63,853 nt of DNA, filler included, from Reticulomyxa filosa (GCA_000512085.1; 23 parts of 23 records of this genome joined end to end with filler, not necessarily neighbours in it); one strand, 5' to 3'; shown: positions 1 through 13,426, counted from the first letter of the whole stretch. Notes: generated from the letters alone by a model not told the origin. Translations and numbers: made by a program.

Positions 1-48
1 ATAATGTTGTTTTTTTTTTTTTTTTTATGTGTACATATTTTGCTGTTC

Positions 49-469
49 CTCACCATGATCGCAGAAAAAAGTCCATGACACTCCGTAACATGTTATGATA
101 AATATTATCCAAGAACTCCATGACGGTGCTGGAATCAACGATGTTGTATTCACAAGAATATGGTACGGTGCGTATACTTTGTTTGTGTATATGTGTGAAT
201 AGTTCTTCTTTTTTTTTTTTTTTTTTTTTGGTGTATATTTTTTTTAATTTGAAATAATTAATATTGCGCACCACACGTGCGGAAAACTAACCGTAACAAA
301 ACAACAACAAAACAATGTCTAATATTATCACCGAATTTGGATATCTTCTTTGTATTGCCACGCTTTTCTTGTTCACAAAAAACATGTACACATGATACAC
401 ATGGATTGGCAAAAAGCACGCTGAAATTGCCAAACACACGTATGACGCTGTGGACAATGCATCCACCAT
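49..469 (-). CDS. 5' exons of a multi-pass membrane protein (runs off the window start)
   Basis: MVDALSTASYVCLAISACFLPIHVYHVYMFFVNKKSVAIQRRYPNSVIILDIVLLLFCY: two hydrophobic helices with a basic IQRRYP loop; GTTAG donor; second exon ...VPYSCEYNIVDSSTVMEFLDNIYHNMLRSVMDFFLRSW. Confidence 0.45.
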
Positions 470-732
470 TACTCTTGGTTTTTTTAAGTTGTCGCTATTG
501 AGTTTTGCACGAAAATTACCTCGTGCTGCGCTACTTTAAAAAGGTAAACGTATGCCGCAGTTGCAATTGAAAATTTAAATTGCACAAAAACTTCTTTTGC
601 ATTGATTTCTTAGTCCAATATAGGTAAAACTAATATGATCGATGGAAATGTGTCTATACTAAAGTTTTTCAAGTACCCCTTTGAGTGTAAGGGGACTTCG
701 TAACGAAAAACACTGCATTGTATTTATCATAC

Positions 733-1832
733 ATGGACCCTTTTTTTGGGTTAGTATATATAGTCCTTTACCCCTTTGAAGTTGTATCGAATGTGCTTCT
801 AGTTGCTCTGATTATTTTTATTTCAGTTACGTAGCTTTTGTGTGTCTGAGCAACGAACAAGCGACCAAACAAGTGGTACTTACAATACAGAAAAAGATAA
901 AGACAAAAAACGTATTCTTATTTGTGCCAAATGTGATTGATTACATTCGAATTTTGTTTGTATTGTATGCGACATATCATATGACAACTAACCCAGAGTT
1001 GTTTTTGCGCATGATATTCTATTCAGGTGTAAAATCGTTTAAAAACAAAAAAATGACAAAAAAAAAGACAGTAAAAAAAAATAAAAAAAATAAAAAAAAG
1101 GTTGTTTGGACTTTGTGGATGGAATGATTGCACGAGAATTGAAACAAACATCCCGATTTGGAGCATTGTTGGATGTGGCATGTGACAATATGACAAGAAC
1201 GATACTGTGGACTGCAGCATTTTACCACGGCCAAAACAAAGCCTGGAGCGAGTATTTGTCGACTATTACCGCGGCCAACAGCAGTCTCGATCAAAATGTG
1301 TTAGCACCACGAAATGACACGAAAGAATTGGTTACGCCATCATGGCTATTTGTCATTGGCATTTATTGTATCACCGAAGAGTGGTTATGTCTTGTCGTCA
1401 CACAAGCATGGTCTTTCATGAATCGTTATGCATATTTATTTATATATGCATATATGTATATGTATATATGTGTATATGTATATATGCATATATGTATAAC
1501 ATATACACATACACATAAATGTATATTTGCTGTTATCATTTGAAATAATAGAGGATCATTGGAAGAATCGAAAAAAAGATGAACCGTTTCTTGTGCGTAA
1601 AACGTTTGAGAATGGGTTCAAAAATCCACTTGGATTTGTTGTCATTTTGTCATTGTATGCTGTGCCCTATTATTTGTGTGTTGGGCAATTGAGCTCTACC
1701 AATTCATGGACTGCCATGCTATTTCTTTGCATCTTTGTCCCCGCCAGAATCATCGCTGTTTATGTGTCTTGGTATGTCATTTACACTTTCATTCTTGATA
1801 TCGATGTCATTTCCAAACCCCAGCGAAAGTAG
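733..1832 (+). CDS. CDP-alcohol phosphatidyltransferase (PI-synthase-like), 4 exons
   Basis: Exons ~733-749, 827-1026, 1101-1424, 1552-1832 splice in frame; VFLFVPNVIDYIR plus signature DFVDGMIARELKQTSRFGALLDVACD (D-G-x2-A-R-x8-G-x3-D-x3-D). Confidence 0.85.
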
Positions 1833-2393
1833 CCAAAAAGTCCACTTTTCTTCCCCCCCCCCCTTCCCCCCTCCTCTCCCTTTTGACAAGGGAAACAAGG
1901 GAATAAAGGAAGTAAAACAATACATTGAATATAAAAAATCTAAAAAAAATTATATGATAGTACGAAATAACAAATAAACAAACAAAAACAAAAGTAGTAG
2001 TGTCTCATTACTTGTTTTGTTTAGAACTTGAACTTTCCCTTTTGCATTTGTTGTTTTAAACTTTAGTTCAAGTTTTGACCGTGTTCTTGTTAGGCTGTGT
2101 TTTTCTTCCTTTTGTGGCTGCGTTGTTGCTACCTTTTCGGTTCTGGTCTCTTGTTCTTGTTCCTGCTATGTAACTCTTTGTTTTGTGGCAGTATCGGTTG
2201 TCATCCATTGTAAACAATGTTTTTGCTCACAACAGCAAATTTTCAAGTGAACTCTTCCTTTTTTTTTTCTTTCGAATGATAAAAATTTTGCTTCATTAAA
2301 AAAACTGACAGTGTTCATTAGTTATGTGTTTTCATTTTTTTGAAGACAAAGAGATTCACTTAAAAAGGAACTGAAATTGGGTTTGACATCAAA

Positions 2394-3119
2394 ATGAGCA
2401 AGCTTGGGTTGCAGTTGATCGACGAACTGTTTACTTTGCTAAATAATGAGTCAATATACGAGTATACAATAGCAAAATATGAAGATGTGGCTCAAATGGT
2501 GAAAGTAATGGTTGACGCGTTTTATTTTGGTCCTGTCAAAGACCCTTGTGTGTCACTTTTACCAAGTCGCATTTATGCAGACTGGTGTTACGTGTGGATA
2601 ATAAGTACCTGGCATAAGAAAAGCTATTTTTGTGCGAAGCACAAATATTCGAGAGAATTGGTTGGAGCATGTTGTGCCGAAGACGAAGAAGAGACATCCA
2701 TGGAACCATATGAGAGTTTTTTGTATGATGTGCAACAGGAAAAAGGATTTGTGGGGTCCCTTAATGAGCTATGTGCTGAATTAAAGAAGGATTTTGTGGA
2801 AGAGCAAATCAAGATTGGATCTGCTTGGTACATTGAGAATTTATGTGTTGACCCTGCCCACAGGAATAAGGGTATAGCAAAGCGATTAATCCAAGAGTCA
2901 GTGTCACTGGCAAAAACGCTAAAACCTTATCGCATTGTGTTTGCAGAGTGTAGTAACTCGATTTCTTTTCGATGTTTTCAAAAATGTGGCTTCACTTGTT
3001 TTCGTGAGCTCAAATATAAGGATTGGGAACACCCAAAAAAGAGTGGGAATTTCCCATTACAGAAATACAACTCGATCTCAATGTATGACACTCTTCGATT
3101 GATTGTTTTTTCCTTTTAA
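2394..3119 (+). CDS. GNAT-family N-acetyltransferase, intronless
   Basis: 241-aa ORF; motif A YIENLCVDPAHRNKGIAKRLI; C-terminal AECSNSISFRCFQKCGF. Confidence 0.85.
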   Translation: MSKLGLQLIDELFTLLNNESIYEYTIAKYEDVAQMVKVMVDAFYFGPVKDPCVSLLPSRIYADWCYVWIISTWHKKSYFCAKHKYSRELVGACCAEDEEETSMEPYESFLYDVQQEKGFVGSLNELCAELKKDFVEEQIKIGSAWYIENLCVDPAHRNKGIAKRLIQESVSLAKTLKPYRIVFAECSNSISFRCFQKCGFTCFRELKYKDWEHPKKSGNFPLQKYNSISMYDTLRLIVFSF

Positions 3120-3950
3120 ATGGACCGTAATATCAGATTGTTGTGTGTCTGAGATTCACTTCGCATTCAAAGACTTTTTTTTTTTTTTTGGTAGTCAAAA
3201 AATTTTTTTTAAACTTGTATATTGTGTTTCCTTACTTAATTGTTGGGACTGAACCAAACTATTTCTGGCAATTAAAGAAGGGAACCCGATATCTATTTTT
3301 TTTTTCAATCAACAGCTACACTTTCCTTTTTTGTTGTTGTATGAACAACCAATCAAATCAAATACAAACGTGTTGCACATTTTCAATGCTCGCAAGAATA
3401 GTAATTGTGTGGATATCGTTGTTTGATTGCTATTGATTTTTTTCTTTTTTTTTTTTTTTTTTGTAATTGTTTATATTTTTTTTTTTTTTTAGTACGCACC
3501 CTGCTCTTGTATACTATGTACGGAAAACCACAGTTACACCCGAATCTCTTTTTTTTTTTGTTTGCAGTTAAAAAAAAAAATGAATAACTTCGTTTTGTTT
3601 CGATGCAGGTGCCGACTTTCTATCACTTGATTTTTTTAAAAAAAGTTCTAATCTGGGTTAACGGCAATATCTTTGGAGAGCGTAACAGACAAAGAGAAAA
3701 GAATCGGCATACATTTTTGAATTTTTCCCAAGGGTGGGAAGTTTTTCAACAATAAAAACGGACAAAGAGAAAATACAATGCCCACCATAAATGGATAAGC
3801 AAAGAACAAAAAAAAGTCCCCTATTACTACCATGTTTTAACACAGACAAACTCCACAATAAACAGACGATATGTTGTCATTCTTTGGGTAATTATAGCTT
3901 TTCTTTTATCAAAAAAAAAAAAATTAATACACTTGTTTTTATACGTTGTA

Positions 3951-5538
3951 TCACAGCCCCGATGAACAAATAAACCTTTGCAAGAAGCTTTTCTTTTTGA
4001 CATTTTGAACACCTTTCTCATTTTTATTTGACGTCGGATTGACTGAATCTGAAGGATCTATACTGGTACCACTCGCATCAAATAGCCGAATGGTGTTGGA
4101 CATGTGAACGTACCCAATAGCAACAGTCTCGGTATGCACATGCGGGGTATGAACCAATCGTCCTGCGGCTCGTGGTCTCATTAATGGAGAATGACTGGAC
4201 GGATGATGGTTTGCCACCATCGTCCATTGCATATTTGTCACAGATTGATCCTCATGATAACTACAACTGTCGCAGCTTGATTTCCCACGCAATTCAAACC
4301 TTGACGAAAGTGTTTGGACTCTATTCATTGTCATCTCAGTTTTTAATTCGTCTTTGTTTTCCATCTCGAGTGATTTGGCTGACAATTTCGAGTTCACACT
4401 TAAATCGAGGATGGAATTTGTGTTCAACGATTCACTTGCTGCTGTTCCTCCGTCCCATTGGAGTTCTTGACAAAGCATACCACAGCACGCACAATGCTTG
4501 CCGATTCTCTTGCAAAACATAAACGAAAAATAACTACGTATACAGTTTCTGAAAACACAATCCATACGTAACCTTTGGCGAACATGTCAAAAAAAAAAAA
4601 TAAATAAATAAATAAATTATATATTTATTATAATAAGAATAAAATTTTTTGAACAGGAACTTGTGGAAGCGATGCTTACATGGCAATTCCACAGCGCCAA
4701 TTGAAGGATTGATCTCTTGCAAACAGAAACAACATTCATTTAATAGACGGTTGATAAACTCTTGCCATGACAATTTTTTCTGACTTGCGTCGAGGATAAT
4801 TGCTCCCGAATTGCAAATTGCAAATCGTGCGTGTGTAACACGTTCTCGAAGCCCATCAGGACTAAGAGTCTGAATTAAAAGTATAATAATGTTGCCATGA
4901 AAAAACCACAACGATTAATGATAACAAATAATAAAGTAGTAAAAAAAAATCTTTTTCTAAATACTTTGAGTATTGTCTCATTTGATTCTCAACTTTTCCT
5001 AATCTTGTCACAGCAATCGATCCAGGATAGGTGTTTGATAAACGAATGATTATTCGAGATGGATTCTCTTGTACTTTCTCTGCTGCTTCCATTGTGCTCA
5101 AGAATAGCCAAAACAAGTTGTCACACCAGGCTTCTTCCAATACTGTTAGTATATATCATTACGTGCCCCCTTATTTCCAATTCGATACATGTAGTGAGCC
5201 ATATACACATCACATAAAAAAAAAAAAAAAAAAAAAAATAGCACTTTGAAGATTGCATTCTTTGAAATCTGTCCATTGCAATATCTTACGAAAGGATGAA
5301 CTTTCAACAAAGCAATTCTTCAACGGCTTCTCTGTCACCAATACTTCCAATCGATCCAATATTCTTTTCTGTTTCTTCAACATGGATCCGACATCGTCTG
5401 GCTCTTTCCCTTCGCGTATTTTTTTTTTTTTAGAGCCAATATTTGTTTAATCATCACTGAAACTCGTATTCACACATAAAGACAAAACAACGCACCATAA
5501 TTTGAAATAATGCTTTGCGAATTTTGTGTTGGATTCAT
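3951..5538 (-). CDS. RING-H2-like zinc finger protein, multi-exon
   Basis: Spliced ORFs give CCFCLQEINPSIGAVELPCKHRFH / DCVFRNCIRSYF...HCACC, then a Ser-rich tail; start and 5' exons uncertain. Confidence 0.55.
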
Positions 5539-5948
5539 CTCTAATCAATTTGGAGGTTTTGGAGATATTTGGAGTTCATTTCCTCAGGGTCCTTAGATCA
5601 ATCGTTACCAATACGAAACATAAAATCGGGCGCAACTTCAGAGGGATCTTATGCATTCCCAACTAATTTTTTGCAAATTATGACCTTGCATGTTGTGCAA
5701 AACCTGGTAACGCAAAAAAGTAGCATACTCTTTTTTTTCCTCAGTAACAGTGTCAACTTTTCAAAGAGTACATTAAACCTAATTTGAAAAATTTAAAACA
5801 GACGAAAGAAAAATAACACGCACTTTGTGTTGACAATAAAAAGCAAGTACAAGAATTTGTAAGTAAAATATATCGTTTTTGAAATTGAAAAAAAAGAATA
5901 GTTGTTTTTTCGAAAGAGGAGGGACTTCATTTCAATTAGAATGTATCA

Positions 5949-6533
5949 ATGGTGGATGCAATAAAAAGTGTATTTTATATAAAAGGTACGTCCTTGTTAG
6001 ATAATACTTGGACATTTCTGCAAACACGGCAAGCCGTGGCCGCAGTAGTAATATTGATAGGGTCAGTTTATCCACTCGTGCTGAAATGGACGAAAGGGTT
6101 GGAAAAATCAAAAACATCAGAAACAGTAGAAATGGACGAGGAGGCAGAGAGCAGTAGCACAGACTCACAAAACTATCCATTTATGATCGGAGTGGCAATA
6201 CTATTGAAGAATATGATAATGTTGGGATATTATTTAATACAATATTACAAATTCCGACGTATGATACCGACCCACAAATATAAATATTATCATCCCATTG
6301 GCAATGATTCGATATTGTCTTTTAGTGACAACGAGACCATACATCACTCTCTACATCGTCATCGATGGTCTCATCGTTTCAAATATGGGGATACAGGGCA
6401 TTACAATCCATATCTTACAAAATCCGATTCAACGCCGACATTGTTCATCCCGGCGGCAATTGTTGCCAAGGGTGTCAATGAAAATTACAATAGCACTATC
6501 GTTTCGAATAATGCTACTATTAATAATAATAAC

Positions 6534-6585
<52 letters not shown>

Positions 6586-8348
6586 GCAATAATAATGAAA
6601 ACAATACCAATAAAGCTCCGGAAAGTGTTCGAACAATCTCTTCTTTGAAAGACCCTTCCATCAATCGTGCGCATGGAGTGTTTAGCACAACTTCGACAGT
6701 GGGATTGAACAACCACCCGTTGGATCACACCAACTTTCGTCTTTCCGATGCGACAAAAGAAAAGTTAATGCATCGCTTATTCATATATACAACATTAATA
6801 TACATATATATATTAATGTTGTATATGTGAATAATATTCGTCGTCTCCCTCTGTCAAAAAAAAATGAAATTTTTTCTAAATTGAACAAATGGCATACATA
6901 GTGACACACCTTTTCCCTCCCTCCCCCCCCCATCCCCTCCTATGATAACAGTACTACAATGAACATTGGAGGTCACTTGCATCAGCGTCATATCAATACT
7001 CACAACAGTCCGCCGGGACATACTACCGTCACAAAAACTGCCCATATTGCTTCACAAACCACTCATGTCCGTGTGTATTATACAAAAAGGAAGAGATATT
7101 ATCCTTTTTTTTTTTTTTAAAAAAAAAATAAATAAAATAATAGTAATAACAAGAAACAAGCGATCGATACACACCTCATTCATTTGAACACGTATATACA
7201 TTTTTAAAAAAAAAAAAAAGAAAAAGGACAAAAGCAGCGCGTATGAATACGACACAATGACGGAGAAGGAGAGTATAAACAATGAAAACGAGAGCAGTGA
7301 TGGGACGTCAATGGACGGATATGAGCGACGACGGGAAGAAGAAGAAGAAGAAGACGACGAGCGCATGCCCGCGAATGCGCAAATGCGCGGAAAGGATAAG
7401 CATAAGAATAAGAATAAGAATAAGAATTGGAATGGAGATGAGAATGAAAACAGTGAGAACAAGGAGGAGGGAGAAGAAGAAGATAATGATGAAGATGATA
7501 ATGATAATGATAATGATAATGATGATGATGATGATGAAGAAGAAGAAGAAGGAGTAGAGAAAATAAAAGAATGGTCGGAATGGTTAAAGTGGTCATTGTA
7601 TTTGGCACCAAATGCAATTCTGGTATTGTTGAATGACATTCTAGCGTTGTATAGCTTGTCGTACGTGACAGTGACGACGTACGCGATATTTATGCAAATG
7701 TCGCTGTTGTTCATTGTGATCGTGAGATATTTTTTCCTGTCAAAGACGTTGTTCAAATCGCAGTTCATGAGTGTGATAATAAGCATAACGGCGATGGCAC
7801 TGTTCAAAACGGTGGAGATGCAAGAGTATAACTACAAACACACAAAGACAACGACGCAGGAGTATGCATGGCATGACTTTATCGGCATCTTTGTGTGCAT
7901 GATTCGAGGCATATTGAAAGCATGTGATTTAGTATACGTAGAGTGGTTCATTCATCATTTGAAGGCGTTGGAGTTTTATGAGAAGCAAGCCATTGTCAGT
8001 ATATGGTTTGTCGTGTGCAGTTTGATGTATATGTTGTTCCATCACTTTGAAGACATTTTCATTTTGCAAAGACCATTGTTGGATGGCTTCACGCTCAGCA
8101 CATATGTGTTTGTGCTTTACGGCGCCTTCTTTTCGGTCATGATCTATCTGCTCATCTTGCAACTCGACGCCCTGGTCATGGGCTTTTGTCAGCAATGCAC
8201 CGTCCTGTTGTCCGTCCTTCTCGACGTCGTCATCTTCAAAACCTATGTCAGCGCCGGCATGTGGCTGTCCGCGTTCATCGTCGTCATGTCCATTTCGCAA
8301 TACTCTTTGATTCAGTTTGAAACTAATGACAAGCAAGTCAATGTCAAT
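5949..8348 (+). CDS. Nucleotide-sugar transporter, SLC35A-like, with a long low-complexity insert (3' end cut by contig end)
   Basis: N-terminal TMs (VAAVVILIGSVYPLVLKWTK; YPFMIGVAILLKNMIML); core SLYLAPNAILVLLNDILALYSLSYVTVTTYAIFMQMSLLFIVIVRYFFLSKTLFKSQFMSV followed by further TMs. Confidence 0.8.
6522..6596 (+). repeat. (AAT)n coding microsatellite (poly-Asn)
   Basis: About 21 consecutive Asn codons in frame in the transporter ORF. Confidence 0.95.
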
Positions 8349-8448
8349 NNNNNNNNNNNNNNNNNNNNNNNNNNNNNNNNNNNNNNNNNNNNTTAATTAA
8401 TTAANNNNNNNNNNNNNNNNNNNNNNNNNNNNNNNNNNNNNNNNNNNN
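8349..8448. other. Artificial contig linker N44-TTAATTAATTAA-N44 (first of 22)
   Basis: Identical 100-bp spacers with stops in all six frames at 8349-8448, 10162-10261, 13461-13560, 14640-14739, 17230-17329, 19308-19407, 20457-20556, 24756-24855, 28879-28978, 31947-32046, 33474-33573, 35473-35572, 37745-37844, 39557-39656, 42986-43085, 49749-49848, 52016-52115, 54206-54305, 55348-55447, 56519-56618, 57619-57718, 58794-58893. Confidence 0.99.
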
Positions 8449-8932
8449 CGTGGAAATCTATGCGTTTTGAAAATGAACTTGTGGAACATTTTTCTTTTTC
8501 CAACAATGAGGATTTGACAGCAAATGATTTTGATTCAACACTGTATTCATAGGAGCCATTTAAATATAACATTTTGCAATCTACTGTACAAGATTGCCAT
8601 TTATGCCGAAAGAATAGCCATAATTTCAAAACTAGATTGCGTGCAGAATATTATACAAAAAAAACTAAATGTGAAGTGATATTATTTGCTTCCTAAAAAC
8701 TAGATCATCAGCACAAGTTAGAAAAAAACTAACTTTTGACAAATCGAGGATCACCATTTGCTTATATTGAAGACTTTTCTTTTTTCAAAAAACGTTCAAA
8801 TGTTTACTTAACAACAAATAAAAAAAATTGGAAAGATCTCAAATTTAAGGCACCCGACATTGTTTTGCACAGGCAAAAATGTGAATTTTTTGCTTAAAAT
8901 TAGCAAAAAGATATTCTGTTGTCCTTGCGGTC

Positions 8933-10120
8933 TCAGCGAGAAGGAATCTTTTGATCAACGTACAAGTGAACGGCCTCTCCCAGACCAAGCTCATTGAAAC
9001 TTTGAACCCAAATATCCCCACACCAACGTGTCAATTTATGAACTAATTCAATTTCAACAAAGTTTTTATCGGCACCAATTTCAGCGATTTTGGGCTCAAA
9101 GTCTCTTTGTATTATTTGAACCACATATCCATGAACTTGATAAGTTTTGAGATCGGAGGGTTCAATTGCTATGCGCAAGACAGGTACTTTTTCCGAAGAG
9201 CGATCGACATGCTTGTTGTTCCTTTCTCTCGTTGCACTACTATCGTCTGCATATTTTTTTTCGTCTTTGACAATCTCAGGAGAGTCCTCTCTTTCTATCA
9301 TCTTTTTCACAATATTTACAGTCACTTTTGGTTTCACCGCGAGTTTGCCTGAAACGGAGCCAATCATTTCTTGTCGTATTGGTGCCGAGTTGTAACTTTT
9401 TTTTTCCCCCCCCCCCCACGTCCCAATGTGTCCACAGCATGTATATACATACATTTGTATATGTATACAAATAATGCAAGGAAATGAAAAAACTCTAAGG
9501 AAATTTTTTTCAAAGGAATGGCATATTTGCTATGGCAATACTGCAAACAATCCTGATAAAACTGCTTTGCTTTTTCTACTGTAACGGCTTTCTCCGTATC
9601 GGATGTGGCATTCCAGTGCTGAGTTTCGAAAGTATTTTCCCATTGGATGGCTCTATCCAACCACTTTTGGTTCTCCTTCAATGCCACTTGCAACACTTGG
9701 CGTTGAATACTCTTTTGCTGTTGCACTTCGCTCAGTAATTGATTAAAGGCTTGCTGTACTGCCTTCTGGTTCTCCGCAATCTTTGCACATACCTTTGTTA
9801 CTTTGTCCTCCATTTCTTGCTCCATTTCTTTCAGTCTTTTTTGCTGCTTCTCGATTTGCGTCTTTGCTTCGGCTCCAATTTGCTTTTGCAATTCCTCAAT
9901 GTCCGACTGCGTTTTGCTCTTTTCTTTTTTTATTTTCGATTTGGAGTCGTGATCTTCATTTGCATCCATATTTGTCTTGCACATCAATTTTGACTTTGGC
10001 TTGTCCTTTGTCTTGGGCTTTGCTCTTTGATCCGGGTTTGCCTTTGCTTTCGTTTTTGTTCTCGCTTTTGTTTTTATCTCAGACTCTCTTGCTTCGACCT
10101 CCAATTTTGACGGCTGCTCT
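8933..10120 (-). CDS. Hypothetical Lys-rich/coiled-coil protein, last two exons
   Basis: ORFs 9364-10104 and 8933-9454 separated by an intron-like (TA)/poly-C tract; heptad-like IEELQKQIGAEAKTQIEKQQKRLKEMEQEMEDK. Confidence 0.55.
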
Positions 10121-10121
10121 T

Positions 10122-10161
<40 letters not shown>

Positions 10162-10483
10162 NNNNNNNNNNNNNNNNNNNNNNNNNNNNNNNNNNNNNNN
10201 NNNNNTTAATTAATTAANNNNNNNNNNNNNNNNNNNNNNNNNNNNNNNNNNNNNNNNNNNNCAGAAATAGACAAAATTAATATTTTATAGACTCATTTAA
10301 CTTGCACTTTTTTATTCTATTGTGGATTGATCTCAGTTCTAAAAAGTGACACTGTTTACAATTGGCGTTTGACGAAATACATGCTGCGTTTTGGAAGAAA
10401 GATTACAAACTTTTCTACTAAGAGGAACTTGACTCTTTAAAGAACTTTATCAATTTGGAATTATACACATTTTAAACGGAAAG

Positions 10484-11473
10484 ATGGGAAGCTATTGTTC
10501 ATCATGCTCAGATAAAACTCATATAGAAAATACACGTGCAAAAAGAGAACCAATATTGACAGAAGTTATTTCACTGTTGGCTTGTTGTTTTAGTTGGCTT
10601 GAAACCTGCAAAATTGTACACCAAAAACTAAAACGCACTTTTTACAGAAACAAGAGAGTTCAATTTCGAACATTCAAGCAGATGGAATGGTTGGCAAAAT
10701 CCTTGTGTCTTGGAGTTTTTTAAAGAATTTTTCTGAGTGTCAAAATATTGCAAGACAACCAATACATTATAAGAATATAAACACATACTTAAAATATATG
10801 TACATATATGTGTGCCGTCGACGTGCGGAATACAACAGCTTTTAAATGAGAGTCAAAGCACAGTATCGTCCAAAAAATCAATGGACTTGAGTAACTTTGA
10901 AAAATTATTTGAAGAGCTGGGTAAATTTATGAAAACTTTACCGCCCAAAAGCAGAAAATATATATGGGATCATGCGGTCACTGAAAAAAAAGGTGACGAC
11001 AATACGAAAAAGGTGATTGACAAAACGACCGATCAAGAACAAATCACTCGACTGTTATGTGATTGCGTCATTGTCTTCATAAAAGTTTCGATGCTTCCAA
11101 ACTGATTTTTTTGGTTGTTTTTATTTTGTTTGTTTGTCTATTTTGTTTTCCTCTTATTCTCCCATTCCAGAGCTTTCCTTTCTCACTTTCTAATGGTATA
11201 CACATCAACAGTATTTAAACCGCAACGAAAAACCATTGAAATCCAAGTCAGTTCTGCCTTATGTGGAACCTGCAGCGCGATGGATATTTGATAACTATGG
11301 GGAATTGGAAAGATTACAATTTGAATTGGAAACCAATTATTTTGCCGATATTCTCGCCGAATATCAAGTTCAGTTGCTATGCTTGTTTAAAAAAAAACTC
11401 ACTGTCGTGTTGTTTACTTTTGTTCAACGAATGTGTTTCTATACTTCAATATGAACAGCATTTCATCAAGTAG
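10484..11473 (+). CDS. Hypothetical protein with predicted N-myristoylation/palmitoylation start, multi-exon
   Basis: MGSYCSSCSDK start; exons ...SNFEKLFEELGKFMKTLPPKSRKYIWDHAV...VFIK | YLNRNEKPLKSKSVLPYVEPAARWIF...AEYQ | HFIK* splice at GT-AG; link to the first exon uncertain. Confidence 0.5.
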
Positions 11474-11868
11474 GAAAGATGCCTCCAAAGATACAAATTT
11501 ACTCAACTCGATCGAATTTGTTGGTGATTCATTTAGATTTTTGTTGTTTGTTTGTTTTTCCTGTGTTTGTGAGCAAAGGGAGATCTTTTTGTATGGTCGG
11601 TATGGTAATGCTCCTGAAGATAAAATAGTTGGTCATCAATAAAAAATTTTGATTTTTTTGTGACAATTTTGGTAAGTAAAATTTCAAATATATTTGGTCT
11701 GCGAGTTTTTTTTGTACGTTCCAATAATTGTTGAATTGTTAATATAAGAGAGGAAAAAAAAATTAACAAACCACACAACCAACAAGACGGTGGCGAGTCA
11801 ATCTTGCTCCTTCATAAAAGTACAACAAAAAAAAGCGGGCAAAAAAAAAAGTAAACGGAGCGTTCGTA

Positions 11869-13426
11869 TCAGCCAGCTTTAGGAAACGTAGCATTCACTT
11901 CTGCACTTTGCTTTGTGTTGTCATCTTGGCCTTGCTGGATGTTATGAGAAATACTGCCACGTCCACTTTGCTTCATATTGTCCAGTTGTTTTTGTAGATC
12001 CTCAACTTGTTTTCCTAACACTGAGTTTGCCATCTCCAAATTTACAATTGCCTAAACAAAATTCATTTGTCACGTTATTATTTTATTTTTTGTGTGTATA
12101 TGTCAAATAGAAAATCTTAACGTCTTGTTTTTTTGCCACATCCGTCGCCAAAGATTTGGAAAAAGCATCCGTTGGCTTTTCTTTGGTTTGCGGTGATGGA
12201 TTGGATGTAGAGGCATTTTTGAAAAAGGAAGCATTCAAATCGGAGCTGGAAGAAGGAGGTGCTCCCCGATTGTTGACAAGACCTCCAGAAGAGGAGGTTT
12301 GATTGAGCAATGGACTTGTAGGTGTTGCTTTAATAGAGTTTCGTGTTGGCGGGGGCGGTAATACCTTGTCGTGAGCACGATCCACCGAAGAGGTATTCGC
12401 CGATGCGTTATTGTTCTTGTTGTTTTTATTCGGTGCAGTAGTGGTTGTTGTTTGGATATTTGCATTCGTATTACCATTCTTTTTTCGATTTTTTAACTTG
12501 GAAATGATGGACGGACGGCCCACTCGCACGCTGTCAACTATGACATCTTGAATGAGTTTTTCGTCGTCCATTGCTGTGGTGGTTATGCTGATATCATCCA
12601 CCGCATGCAAGGCCTCTAACAATGAATGCTCCTTTCGAGCAAGCTATATTTGAACAACAGATTCAATTCAAAGCAACATACTAAACAGCTGTTTAGGATA
12701 CTGTAAAGCCATTTTTATACATGCACATACATATATACATGTATATGTACACATATGTATGTGTACATAGGCGTGTATACATATATTTACATATATATAT
12801 ATGTATATGTATTTGTATATGATAGTAGTTGAAAAACGAAAGAACTGTTTCAGCAAGAACGTCGACTTGTTGTTGTAACAAGTTGTTTTTGTCTTTTAAT
12901 TGTCGTATGACTTTAAATATATCTTGTCCCGCTTCTGCTCCCAATGTTTGTAAAATTCCATTTGTTACTTGCTATTGTATTGTTTTATTGTTGTTTTAAA
13001 ACAAACACAATTGCTTACATTTTCAACTTATTTTTTTCCAGCAAAATTAATTATGCGTAAATATAGATATATGTATAAACATATATATGACATATACGCA
13101 AATACTCTGCACTGACTTCCAATTCTTCGTTGTGCTTTATCTTTAATTTTTGCAGTTTGGACTCGTGATCTTTTTCCATTTTACGTAATATTCGAAATGC
13201 CTCCTCTCTTTCTGAGCTTATCATTGTATTCTGCGTTTCCGCGTGTGTTGATTTTGTTCGTTCTACCTCCAACTGTGACTAATCAATATTTGTAGTATTT
13301 ATTATTCAACACACATATGCATATACATAAGCATCACTTGTTTTGTGTCTCAAGATCAAACCTGCAATTTGGCCGATTTATTTTTGAGTCCTTCGATTTG
13401 TTGAGCATTTCTTTCATTTTCTTTTT

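Noticed and set aside
1990-2230. Coding-like minus-strand stretch (QEQEQETRTEKVATTQPQKEEK)
   Set aside because: Short, interrupted by a stop, no motif; cannot be supported as a gene.
6298-7807. Poly-Ile, poly-Leu, poly-His and poly-Ser ORFs
   Set aside because: Alternative-frame or antisense readings of the AAT/GAT/GAA repeats in the transporter gene.
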